Shown here: positions 1 through 11,499 of the stretch, piece after piece
How positions within the stretch are numbered: position 1 is the first letter of the stretch
Layout of the letters: each line of letters begins with the position of its first letter
Source: Basidiobolus meristosporus CBS 931.73
Taxonomy: Eukaryota; Fungi; Basidiobolomycota
Length of the DNA: 36,060 bases
Assembly (NCBI GenBank): GCA_002104905.1
Contig: MCFE01000792.1
Location: forward strand, 1-36,060
Direction of reading: 5' to 3'
Position numbers and translations under genes: made by a program
Notes under the pieces: model-generated
Told to the model about the DNA's origin: nothing
The model's input: only the letters and a program-made list of their open reading frames with translations
Databases searched by the model: none

Positions 1-27
1 ATCCAATGCTTCTTATTTGAGCAAAAT

Positions 28-270
28 TGACCCACTTTTGGTCAAGTTAAGGTTTTGTCATTTACGGCAGATCTGGAGTTTCCTTATTTCCGGCCAACAG
101 TCTAATCCATTTAGACAACTTCACTGTGTGTCCATATTAGGCTCAGGGACAGTTACTTCCATCATATAGATGCTATATGAGGTAAAAAATAGTGACCTAC
201 TTTGGGTCAAGTTAAGGTTTTGTCATTTACGCCTGATCCGGATTATCCTTGTTTCCTGGCACTGTGGCAC
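28..270. repeat. Two diverged direct repeats, period 165 bp
   Basis: TGACCCACTTTTGGTCAAGTTAAGGTTTTGTCATTTACG at 28 recurs as TGACCTACTTTGGGTCAAGTTAAGGTTTTGTCATTTACG at 193; similarity decays after ~70-80 bp; each unit opens with a TGACC..GGTCA inverted pair. Confidence 0.8.
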
Positions 271-2300
271 ATATAACATGGCCAAAAAAAAAAAGAAGGT
301 TTTTGCTTAACTCTGAGCTGGGATGGCCTGCTCCCACTTGAACCACGTCTGTTAGTGATTCAGATCCACAAATATGATCTAGAATGGTCATCTTTGTCTT
401 CTTTAAATAGCAATAACTTTCTTTGGACTGATTACTTCATATGCGGTAGATTCAAAGTCCATTTGCTTCTTGATTTACCCGGTTTGGTATTGGACAACAC
501 CATGGGTTGTTTGGTAGCTATTCTTAGAGTGCTTCTACTGATTTGGATTGATACAGCTGCTTTTGTCTTATCAGAATATACTTGTAGAATAGAGATTGGC
601 GCTTTTCCAGAAGTGAGATTCTCCTTAACAAGGGCTTTGATTATCCTTATTCTCCTGATAGTTATTTTCAACCTTGAGCTCGGTTTCCAAGGCTAACTGA
701 TCTTCTCAGTGTCTTCAGAATCCATAAAAACCATCTGGTTGATCCTTGCACCTTTTTCTTTCAGCTCCATAGACAGCAGACATCAAGACTTCTGCACTAA
801 ATAATCTGTTCCAATATATACTACAATATCTAACAGATCCTGTTGAAGTTTCAAGGCTCTTCTGGGGTTTCTAGCTTGAGAGCTTCGTACAAGAGGCTCC
901 ATAGAACATATCTGCATTGCCAGATAGTCCAAATATGGCTTACATAAGTTTTGGCACCATTTGGGAAGTACCCTAGTTTGCGGTAGTAGTATTTTCCATT
1001 TTTTCTTCTTTTCTTTTTCTGCTGATGACCCAGGGATAATTCCCTTTGTGGGGTGGTTCTGGACTTCCTTGCAGGTGGGACCACGGTGTTTTTGAGCACA
1101 AGAGTCTCCATGACATCATTGTTCCAGAATATCTGACTATTTGAGAGTGAAATAATCAAAATTGGCATCCACTTAGATCATTCATAACTTTTGATAGAGT
1201 TGACCAAATTTGATCAAATAAACTGCATTTGATAGCTAGCTTCATCAATACTTTGGTATCAGACTCCAATATATCAGTAATTTGAGTTGCAGAACTTGGC
1301 GGTGACTTGATCAATCAAAATTCTTCTGATCTGATCCAGAGAAGTTAAATATCACCAAGTGTTTTCTCCCACTGTAATAAGTGATATATATATAACAAGT
1401 ATAAAGTACTATGTTATCTTCTGAGTGGCTCTTAGCTGTGTACTGACCAACTGTTGCTTGGTTGTATACTCCAATCAGGCTTGCAATTATATGCGTCACT
1501 CCTTTGGCTGGCGGTAGAATCTTCATGAGTTGATTTTGCTAAATTTGTATAATACTTTCTCCCACTGTTTTGAGACTTAAACAGAGTGATAGCACGTCTA
1601 ACAGCTCCATATTTAGCTCCTGGTACACTGGTTTCAGTATCAAAACACTTGATACAATTATAGCATTCTTCTAATGGATTGTGTAGTACATATCCGTACT
1701 CCAGGTGGATATATATGTATTATATATCATTGGGATCCTTACAATTCAGGAAGCTTGTTTCTGAGATCTTTTTCCATCAGTAGATAGTCCAGAATGGCGG
1801 CTAACAGCTCCAGTATTTGCATTCTCAGCTGTATTTTGAGTGGCAACAGATTTTTGGTAAAATCCTCCTCCGGCAATCATTAATAATGATCTATATTTTT
1901 TTTTTTTTGCAATTCAGGATAATATCCTATCCAAGAGCTCGTCTAACAGTCAATTGGGGTCATATGAATACATATTGCAGTATATTTCATTGTAGATCTG
2001 GACCCTCAATTGCTGGAATTACGCAATTTTCTTCAGTAGTGGTAGAGCACCAACATACTATATTTCTTGACACAATTACATGCCAGTTTGATTGACTCTT
2101 CTTCATAACTAACTTGGATAGTTACTGAAGGCATCTTTTGAAGGCAAGGCCTTCTTCTCCACAGCAATATCCTCATAAACATAGTCCTTTAGCAGCGGTA
2201 GTCTTCTTTAACCTTAGCGGAGCAATAGTGCGGAAAGTCTTTCTCCAGACTAGCAGAAAAGGATCCAAAGCATAGTAGACACCAAGAGGACAGCAAGCTC

Positions 2301-2313
2301 GGGGCTCATAACC
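2301..2313 (-). promoter_or_regulatory. Copia primer-binding site of Ty5/copia (tRNAiMet half-molecule) type
   Basis: Minus strand GGTTATGAGCCCC directly after the LTR end ..TGCAACA. Confidence 0.65.
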
Positions 2314-2662
2314 TGTTGCAATATTCTGAGGAGTATTGGAAGTGATGTGGAGAACTAGAAGATTTACATGTTATTCACTTGTAGATTTATTGATCAAAAG
2401 TATGGTATTTATACTTTTGATAAAGTAGAGGAAACAAACGTGTAGAGTTTGTTAAGGAAGGTCCCAAGAATATGTGTGCAAAGTTTGGGGTCTTTTGGAC
2501 GACTTTGAGAAAAATAATAATCTGGGTACCTGATAATTTGGTGAAAATATTCTAAGTAAATCCCGACAAGAAATCTAGTCAGGACAGAATGCTAATCACA
2601 GAATAAGATCTATGTGACTAAGTTAGCATGAATATTTAGGTGACAATTCAATAATTACAACA
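2314..2662 (-). repeat. Copia-family LTR (5' LTR)
   Basis: Minus-strand termini TGTTGTA...TGCAACA; internal blocks (TTGCACACAT.TTCTTGGGACCTTCC, AGTATAAATAC, CACTTCCAATA) shared with 7304-7947 and 23546-23975. Confidence 0.75.
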
Positions 2663-2744
2663 TTATCCCCATATGATGTTTACCCTGATTAGTTATTAGC
2701 AATAGTTATCCCAGATGTTATTCAGCTTTGTGATCATTATATGT

Positions 2745-3346
2745 ATCTACATAAGACAAGTACCCGTGTCAGTACCCATGACACATGACCTAGGTCTGTG
2801 TTACCATCCCTACCATTTCAATACCATATATGGTATTTCTATGTTGCACAGGTTTTGACTGCTGATTCCTGATTGGTTGGATGTGCTGTGCCCTTTAGAA
2901 CCTTCCAGGACATTCTTGGCATATTTTTAGCTCATAGTGATGTCATCAAGAATTCCACTGATGCCTAGAATCTTCTAGAACCTTGTCATTAGTAATCACT
3001 TGGCAATCAGGAAAAGTATTTAAGGGAAAGCAATCCCTCATCAATAAATCATCCCTTCTATCAGTAACAATTCTACCTTATTGATTGGCAGTTGATCACT
3101 GCACCTGCCTTCAACAGTACATCTCAGACCTGCCATCAAGGAGCTTTTCAGGGTAGTGCACAAGACACACAGAGGCCTTTGGAGACACTTGGAGCACCTA
3201 GGAAGCTAGAGAAGCAGGAGCTTTTACCATAGTGACATATTGACAAAGACACCAGCAGTTTAGACACAGAGGTTATTGCACCCATCAGACACCTCACACA
3301 CCTTGAGTTGTGTAGCTTCTCCCAGGAGTACCTCTACACCACCACA
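2745..3346 (+). repeat. LTR-like repeat 'family B', copy 1 (left end uncertain)
   Basis: ~2745-3108 aligns with ~13790-14145; both copies end at ..ACACCACCACA with different flanks; TATA-like and AATAAA motifs inside. Confidence 0.55.
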
Positions 3347-5200
3347 GCGGGACAGGAAGAGGGACCATCTGGCTTGTCTCTGGTTTGGTACTTTTGAGGT
3401 GGTAAAGTACTCAAAGCTCTTGTGGTCACAGAAGATCTTTATCTTTTGGGCTGCACTGTCAAGGTAGTGTCTCCATTGTTCAAAGGCAACAATGATTGCA
3501 AGTAGCTCCTTGTCATTGATATCATAGTTTACTTCAGCTGGAGTAGATATCCAGGAGTAGAATGTAATAGGGTGTAGTACATTCTTGTCATTGTACTGGG
3601 AAAGGATTGCACCAGGTGCAAAGTCAGAGGCATCAGTTTCTATGATTAAAGGTTTCTCAAGGTCAGGGTGAGCAAGCAGGTGAGCAAGCAGGTGAGCATA
3701 CAGGAAGGATTTCTTAATGGAATTAAATGACTGGGACTGTTCCTCATTCCAGGCAAAGGGCAGATTCTTCTGGGTGAGCTTTGTCAAGGGAGTGACTATC
3801 TTGGAGTAGTTGGCAATAAATCTACAATAGAAGTTGGCAAATCCAAGGAAGGGCTGCTCTACTTTTACAAAACAGGGAGTTTTCCACAACTGGATGGCTT
3901 CTACTTTCTTGTGATCCATTCTTATTCTATTTGAGCTGATTAGATAACCTAAGACCTCAACCTCTTTCTGGTCAAACTCACCTTTCTCCAGTTTGGCATA
4001 GAGGCCAGCAGTGTCAAGTTTGGCCAAGACTTACTTGCCATGGGAATTGTGTTCTTCTTGGGTCTTGGAGTAGATCAAGATGTCATCAAGGTAGATAACC
4101 GCAAATTGGTCAAGGTACTCTTGGAATATATCATTCATCAGGTGTTGAAAGACAGCTGGGGCATTGGTGAGACTAAATGGCATAACTTTATACTCAAAAC
4201 AATCACTTCTTGTTTGGAATGCAGTTTTCCATTCATCACCAGGCTTGATCCTGACAAGGTTATATGCTCCTCTGAGGTCAAGCTTAGTAAATACTTTAGC
4301 AGCAGAGAGTTGATTCAACAGGGTGTTGATCAGGCATAAAGGGTACTGGTTCTTGATTGTGATTTTATTCAGTGCATGGTAGTCTACACTCACTCTTAGG
4401 GAACCATCCTTTTTTTTGACAAAGAGGATTGGGGCACCAGCTGGGGACTTCAAGTACTGAAAAAAACCTTTCTGGAGGTTTTCTTGAATATAGCCATGGA
4501 GTTCTTTCAACTTTGGTTTCAAGAGGTTGTAAATAAGACCAAAAGGTGGGGTTATTCCTTCTTCAAGGTTGCTGGGACAATCATAGGGTCTATGAGCTGG
4601 GAGTAGTTTGGCTTTCTCCTTGTCAAAGACATGGGCAAACTCTTGATACTTTGCAGGTATTCTATTGGAGGGGGTTCCTTCAGTGATGATGGGCTCCCAG
4701 GTCTGGGGTAGCTTGGGAAAGGATACTTCTTTACCTGAAAAATCAAGTGGTTTCATGGAGTTGACATGGTGAATTCTGGGGAATGTCAGGATTTTGGTCT
4801 TCCAGTTGATATCTGGGTTATGGTGACTAAGCCATGGGCTTCCAAGGACTATGGAGTAGGGGGAGAGTTGATGATATTGAAGGCTAGTGTCTTGTGGTGA
4901 CCAGTACTGGACAGCTTGAGTAGACATGTCTCATGGGTAACAGCATCAGAAGAGTGGGACCTTCCATGAATGACTTCTTCTTATACAGGATAGGATTTCA
5001 GGACAGTGGGGATTTTGAGCTTCTGGACAAATGACTGGTCAATGAAACAGGAGGAAGCACCAGAATCTATGAGGGCAAGGACAGAGACAAGGCTGGATTC
5101 AGGGAGGTGGATGTTGACAGGTATTCTTAAAGACTGGATGGACTTGGTAGCGCATGATGTTTCTTGAATGTGCTGGATTTACATAGGAGGGTCCAGTTGC
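3347..5200 (-). pseudogene. Gypsy pol remnant (protease, RT, RNase H)
   Basis: ORF pieces 4031-4927 and 3260-4027 match pol 19448-22963; in-frame 12-nt duplication (LLAH-LLAH) at 3667-3698. Confidence 0.9.
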
Positions 5201-5216
5201 AAGCCTGTCACTGTAA

Positions 5217-6140
5217 CTAGACATTGGAGCTTCCCATTAATTCTGGAGTAGATTGTTCACAGGAAGATTGCAGGAGCTTGAAGCTGGACTTCTTGTTAGG
5301 ACAAGACTTGGCAAAGTGGCCTGGCTGGCCACAGTAAAGGCAGAGGTTTGCCTGTTGATGTCTAGATCTTTCTTCTTTTGTGAGTTTCTTATATTTAGCA
5401 CTGTCAATCTGCACAGGATCATCAGGCTTAGTATTGGGTGACTGTATCACTGGGAAGGAGGTTGGCTGATTAGTATGTTGGAATTTCTGTTTCTTCTGGA
5501 AATGCTAATTGTCACATCAGATTGCTTGATGAATAGCTTCACCCAAGGTGGTTGGGTCAGGGAGAGTGAGAAGTAGGTCACTGACTTCATCATTGAGCCC
5601 ATCTTGAAATTGACTCAGTAGGGTAGCATCACCCCAAAGGCTCAGATCACTGGCTAGTAGCCGGAATTCAGAAGCATACACAGATGCAGGTCTGTTTCCT
5701 TGCTTCAAGCTCTTGATCTTGTTGGCAGCAGTTCTGGCATGGTCAATGTTGCCAAATGTTAGCTCCATTACTGTGAGGATGGTATGGTAGTTGCTGAGTA
5801 GAGGGGAGTTGGTTTCCACCAAAGGGGAGATCCATTTCTGGGCAGCTCCAGTCAGCAGGTTAGAGATATAACCAACTTTTGCTTGATCTGTTGGGAATCA
5901 ATTGGGTTGTAGTGACAAGTGGTGCTTCACTATGTTGATGAAACCTTAAAACTCATTCTGGGAGCCACTGAACTTGGTAGTGAAAGTGATCTTGGGATCA
6001 TGGCAGGAGGGAGCCTAGATTGGCTGTTGAGCATTTTGGCTCTGGAGCTGAGCAACAGAGTTTCTGAGGTCTGCATTGTCTAGTTGTAGCTGGGCAAAGG
6101 CAGCCATGAGACTTGCAAAGCTATACTCTGGGCTGGACAT
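5217..6140 (-). pseudogene. Gypsy gag remnant
   Basis: ATG at 6140 aligns with the gag ATG at 18511; pieces 5517-5822 and 5217-5450 match the young gag. Confidence 0.88.
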
Positions 6141-6559
6141 GTCACGGTAGCAGGAGGTGGCAAAATCTCTAGGACTTGTTCAGGAATACCGGATATTGCT
6201 AGCTAATCTGTGGGTTATAAGGCCACTAGTTTGTCAAGAATACAATTATTGAGCCACAATCCCCAACTTTGAATAAGTTAGCATCACTTCAGAAGGTACT
6301 GGCTTAAATGTCCTTTGTTAGAGTATTGTACTAAAGCTTCCAATACTGTAACAACTGTAAACTATACCAGCAGTGTAATAAAGTGAATGCAACTTTGGCC
6401 AATAATCTTACAAAGATAAAGTATCTTTGCCTTTAGAGGACAAGACTAGGGAAAGCTTCAGGGTGATACATATGGTAGGTATTCCTTTAAAAGTTCTTCT
6501 CAAGAACTTTGGGTAGAAGGCAGTGATCCACAGGTAAGTCAGGAGCAGTCCGATAAAAC

Positions 6560-7105
6560 TATTATGAATAGATACTAGGCAGGGGAGTAGAGCTAGGCAA
6601 GGCAGGACCAGGAAAGGACTTAGGTGTGGATCAACAAGGCAAGATGTGTTTTCAAGGCAAGGCGGATTTCCAAGGCAAGGCTGTTTATTCAAGATCTGTG
6701 TTTATCAGACTGAGGAATACACAAGGGAGGATAGGACTATATATACATTTTGGCAATATGAATGCTGAGAGATATTGGCTAATACTGATGGGGTTTGGGG
6801 GTGATGCACAGCAAGTGTGCCAAGATAGAATATACTAAAAAACAGACTGGAATATCACATGGATATAAATCAGGGGTTAACTAATCATTTAACTGGGTCA
6901 TGTCACATGTAGTTAACATATATGGCTTGGGACTGCATAAATTCTGATGGCAAGCTTCCATAAAATGTTTTATTGTGTAATGGTGACTTGGAGCTTTCAA
7001 GAAGCTGCTAGAATGTGGTAGAACTTTCTAGAAGGAACTAGGATTTCTTCACTGACTGGATTTGGCTAGATAATTGGAGACCAGGGATGTCATGTGATCA
7101 TGACA
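6560..7105 (-). repeat. 5' LTR of the old Gypsy copy
   Basis: Aligns end to end with 17584-18104; terminal CA mutated to TA; three CCTTGCCTTG-type units in U5 versus two in the young LTR. Confidence 0.88.
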
Positions 7106-7303
7106 GGTATCAAGTGGCCAGCAAGATACTGTTGGTATAGTATTGACTGATAAATAGTCCAATATGACTTGTGTGGATAAATACTGGCTGTGAGCCTTGT
7201 AGTACTTAGTATGCTGTCTGCATGCCTCATGGCAGAGAGGCTTCTTTTAATAGCCTCATGAACCCTTTTCTCTTCTCTGAAGCAGTGAATCAAAGTATTC
7301 CTC

Positions 7304-7947
7304 TGTTGTAGAAGTTTGCAATTCCACCTAAATATTAAGCTAACTTGATCACCTAGATAATTCCCATCAAATCCTAAAGAATACTGACCTAATTCTGTGC
7401 TGAGATTTACTTAGATTATTTTCACCAAAAAATCAGTTACCAAGAGCATGAAAATTAGATAAGTTGTCCAAAAAGCCCTAAACATTGCACACATGTTCCT
7501 GAAAACCTCCTAAACCTATTGTATGTGGTATTTTGTCAAGACCATGTAACAGTACCCTAAGAAAAATGCTTAACAAAAGGCCAGCACAAAACCATCCTAA
7601 TATCTGCTGATTCCAAGTTTCTCAAAACTGACAGTTGTAAATATCTTAGGTACTAGATATTGGGCATACAAGCAAATATATTTTCCAGGAGGAGACTAGG
7701 CCAACTAGTATCTATGCCAAACTTAGTAGTTAGCTCACTACTACTTCCATCAAAAAAGCAATTGAAAATTTGAACAAAAAGTATCATCTGAACACAGCTG
7801 ATTACTAGCAGAAAATCAGATGAAGTCCAAGTTTGAGACTTCTCATAGGGGTTTAAATTCTGTTACATTCAATAAATTATTCAATGAGAGCCACATTATC
7901 TACTTGCACTCTCAATCACTTCCAATATCTCTAAGTGTCTTACAATG
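7304..7947 (+). mobile_element. Copia solo LTR containing a MITE
   Basis: Starts TGTTGTAGAAG, aligns with 23546-23975; degenerate 5-bp TSD TCCTC (7299-7303)/TCTTC (7948-7952); removing it restores colinearity with the sister CACTA copy. Confidence 0.75.
7555..7850. mobile_element. ~296-bp non-autonomous CACTA-type MITE
   Basis: Ends CCCTAAGAAAAA / TTCTCATAGGG resemble the TIRs of elements X and Y; 3-bp flanks GTA/GTT; absent from the homologous LTRs. Confidence 0.6.
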
Positions 7948-9449
7948 TCTTCATGGGGCAATCAGTTTGACACTCAGCAGCATAACACTATTATATCACT
8001 TCTTTGTCAATACTCATATGAATTTAAGATAGTCTTGTATTTGAGACATTGCACCTACAAGAATATAAAATTCAATGTTGACCTGCCATGGTAAGCATTA
8101 GAAATACAGCTGTGTCACCACAAACACATGTATGTGTAACACCACTTTCCCTTTGCATTAATTTACTTCCATATATATGCCACAACAAAATAAAGCAAAG
8201 TTATCTGGTTCCCAACCCAACCTCACTGTTGACAGCAGCAGAAGTATGGTTGGACAACAGCTTGCTTTGACATTCAGTGCAACAAGCAGGGCTACATCCA
8301 AAAAAGGCCTTATTGACAGTGTGCACACTGAAAGTAATAATGCAGACTCCTCAGGGTCTCAGTCAAGTAGTCAAGTGAGAATCTCTGCAGAGCTGCAAAC
8401 TGACCATAAGCTTGGGCAAATGAGAATGTAGCAAATGTAGTACCTTTGGTTGGAGACCAGCAAGTGGCCATCATAACATCACCACCACTCATACTAGCAA
8501 GTATGTTGTCAGCACATACTAAAGCCTTTATGAGGCAATTAGGTGCAGTGGCTGATAGGATAGATTCAATAGCCCAGAAACAGGGTGAGTGGCTAAAACA
8601 TTTAGAGCAATCAATATCCTAGGTAGAGAATACAGTATCTTTTCCTATGAATATTATTGTAATGATCCCATTAAAAGGCCATTGCAAGCTTAAAGTCCCA
8701 GGACTAAGAGGTACTGATCCTATCAGGACACCATCCAGAGACCATTGAAAAATAATTGCACCCCATATTTCACAAAAGACTTGGTCAAAATTTTTCTTCA
8801 CAATGACATATAAGTGGCTTTTGATTGTTCCCTGCCAATTTGCTCACTTTCTGATCCCGGACACTCTATCAGCATTTATGTTTGTGTGCATTGATTGGCT
8901 ATTGCTTCTTTTTCACACTTCTTACTTCCTGACTCAACTATTTCTCTTACTTTTCATGCATACAAATTGATATATTTATGTTGAAACTTCATCTGTATCT
9001 CAATTGCCAATTCTATTGACCTATGCAAGTCCCTATACCCTACACTAACATTAAGCCCAACCCCACACTCAACAAGTAACTCCATTAAAATCCACCACTC
9101 AAGAAGCATTTCTGCTGTAATGCTCTGGTTCCATGACATTGGCAGGAAACCAATGGCATTATGCCTCTGTTCATTCACCGGCTCCTACACTGGTCTTCAA
9201 CTGGTACTGCAAGGTCTAACCCCTCATTGGCGAGTCTTTGCAGTAAATCCTTGCAATGCTTAAGTGTGTTTTCTTGAGCACTGCTCTTGAAGAATTGCTG
9301 CAACCTCTTAGTGTGCCTGTTAATGTACCAATATTCCACTGAAATCATTGTGATAGTCTTTTGAGTTCTGGAAGCTGTGGCCTTGTCTGTCAGTGGGATC
9401 TGTACTTCCCAACAATGGAGAATGTGAAGGCTGTGGTAGACAAATAGCC

Positions 9450-10706
9450 TTATTTGGTAAACTCATCTATCTTGCTGGATTGTAGCTCAACTGTCTGTGC
9501 TTCCACCTCTTGTGAAAACAGCTGTTTTCTTGTTGGTAATTCTTCTTGTGTCTGATGGGATTCAGTCTGTTCTGGGCTTGTGGCATTAATTGCCAAGAAC
9601 TGCAGTTTCTTTTGCATGCTTCCCTGTCTCAGGCTTGGGAAGACATCTTTCCCTTTAACTTTTCCTTTATCACTGCCAGGTCTTTCACTGCTACTTTTTC
9701 TGAGTGCTTCTTGCAATGAACCACATTTTCTCCTTTGAAATTCTGCTTTGATGCATCTGTTTTGGCCTACTTGTTACTTTGTGGCACTCTTCTGGCAACC
9801 TGATGTTTTTTTCCCGCTTATTTCAAACTCTCTACCATTGTTGTGACAGGCTCCTGTAAAAACCGCTGGTTTTATCACTGCCAGGTCCTTCACTGCTGCT
9901 TTGAATGAGTGCTTCTTTAGTGGTATTACATTTTTTCCCTGATAATTGTGGTGCTGGTGCATCTGTGTCTGCCTGCTTGTCCCTAATTGGCACTCTTCAA
10001 GCTACCTGACATCTCTTTGATGCTTGTGTGGAGCTTTCAGCCCTGCTTGTATTGGCTCTTGAGGAAGCTGCTGGTTTTTAGCCATGGAACCCTTGCTCTT
10101 CTGCCTTTGTTAATTTGTGCTATTCTTAAGATACTTCCTTAGCATATCAATGATGGCCCAAAATCTGTTTGCCTATTTGAGTCCAGGATAATGCTTGTAG
10201 AACCAGTCAAGTGCATTCTGCTTGGGCTTGAGTTCTTGATGGTCCATTGGTAAACCAGCCTTAAGGTGATGGCATGCCAGACTTCTGACAGCCTCATGAA
10301 TATTAGCCCACTCTTCATTATTGCACTCAATGTCTTCATGGATCTTCAATGTGTTTTGATTTTTAGGCTTTGGTATAAACACCACATTGTCTCCCTCCCA
10401 TGCTGTGATAGGTTTCTTTGTGATAATTATCTTTGGGCTCTGCAGTTGTGCTTCATAGACTGCAAGGTGTTCCTCTGCTGTTACATTGGGAAATGGCTCA
10501 ATTCTTAGCTGGGACATTGAGCTACTTGAGTTCCTTCTTTGCAGCAACAATAATGCTTTCTCTACCTGGGATACTGATTGCTCTATATGTATTATCCACT
10601 CATCCTGTTTCTGGACTATTTCCTGATTTCTCTGGGCCATTGCATCTATCCTATCAGCTACTGTACCTAATTGCTTCATTAATACTTTGGTATGAACTGA
10701 CAACAT
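9450..10706 (-). pseudogene. Accessory ORF of the CACTA-like element, function unknown, frameshifted
   Basis: 177-aa open piece 10173-10706 has homologous translated pieces at ~8500-8640 and ~14790-15230 (e.g. AVRSLACHHLKAGLPMDHQELKPKQNALDWFYKHYPG vs AFRSLAWYHLKASIPWDHLELKAKQNVLDLFHKYYPG). Confidence 0.6.
9667..10060. repeat. Diverged internal tandem duplication, period 205 bp
   Basis: TTATCACTGCCAGG at 9667 and 9872; the same 205-bp spacing in the sister copy (GCAGTGAA at 15442 and 15647). Confidence 0.7.
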
Positions 10707-11499
10707 ACTTGTAAATATGAGTGGTTATGATATTATGACAGCTACTTGCTGGTCTTCAACTGAGGGTTCTTTGTTTGTTACATTGTCATCTGCCTGATCA
10801 TAATAGTCAGCATGTGCCTCTGCAGAGGCTCTCAATTGCCTACTTGACTGAGAGCCTGAGGATTATGCATTATTACATTTGGTGGGCATACTGTTAACAT
10901 GGTCTTTTTTGGATGTAGCCACACTTATTGCAATGAATGTCAAAGCAAGCTGTTGTCCAGCTATTCTTCTGCTGCCATCAGCAGTGGGGTTTGGTTGGGA
11001 ACCAGACAACCTTGCTTTATTTTTTGGCAGCATATATAGGGAAGTGAATCAAACCAAAGGGGAAATGGTGTTACATACACATGTGTATGTGGTGCCACAA
11101 CTTTATTTATAATGCTTACTATGGCAGGTCATCATTGAATCTTATATTCATGTAGGTGCAATGTCTCAAAAACAAGACTTTCTTAAACTTGTGTGATTAT
11201 TGACCCAAAAGTGACATAATAGTGTTACGTTGTTGAAGGTCAAACTGTTTGCCCCATGGACAAAACTACTTTGATTCAATGCCATAAGTGAAAAGAAAAA
11301 AGACCAGGTGGCTATTGTAGCAAGCCTCTCAGCCATGAAGCATGCAGACAGCATAGGAAGTATTACAAGGATCACAGCCAGTGTTTTGCCACACAAGTCA
11401 TATTTGACCATTCATCAGTCACTACTGTACAAACAGTATCTTACCAGCCAGTTGATACTTCTATATTAGCACCTGGTCAACTTTGTCACCTTGCGCAAA

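Larger units (their letters stand above)
300..2662 (-). mobile_element. Decayed 5' part of a Ty1/Copia LTR retrotransposon (5' LTR, PBS, degenerate gag-like region); left boundary uncertain
   Basis: LTR 2314-2662 followed on the minus strand by GGTTATGAGCCCC; downstream frame broken mainly by TGA stops (plausibly ex-CGA), with ILIISLSNS and a degenerate zinc-knuckle-like NGKYYYRKLGYFPNGAK (~950-1000). Confidence 0.55.
3347..7105 (-). mobile_element. Old, 3'-truncated Ty3/Gypsy chromovirus copy, same family as 17584-23484
   Basis: 5' LTR 6560-7105 starts TGTCATGATCACATGACA like the young element; leader, gag with CCHC ([14 protein letters not shown]), protease, RT (YLDD) and RNase H all align with the young copy; broken by stops and frameshifts; cut after RNase H, no integrase. 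Confidence 0.92.
7106..8642 (+). mobile_element. CACTA/EnSpm-like element Y, left fragment (interrupted by a Copia solo LTR)
   Basis: 7106-7303 plus 7948-8642 is the reverse-complement homolog of ~10550-11465; carries the 5' end of the accessory ORF (MLSAHTKAFMRQLGAVADRIDSIAQ). Confidence 0.75.

Noticed and set aside
3667-3698. 12-nt unit repeated about 2.7 times in the old pol
   Set aside because: Local slippage in a dead copy; not a CRISPR-like array or functional repeat.
7545-7867. Perfect 8-bp inverted ends TGTAACAG..CTGTTACA suggesting a 323-bp solo LTR
   Set aside because: No TSD, and these bases align to the palindrome around the Copia LTR TATA box; the true insert is 7555-7850.
8643-9200. 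Possible third ORF at the CACTA end (hydrophobic frame with several TGA stops)
   Set aside because: Both strands give partly open frames in both copies, and I could not determine a coding frame by eye.
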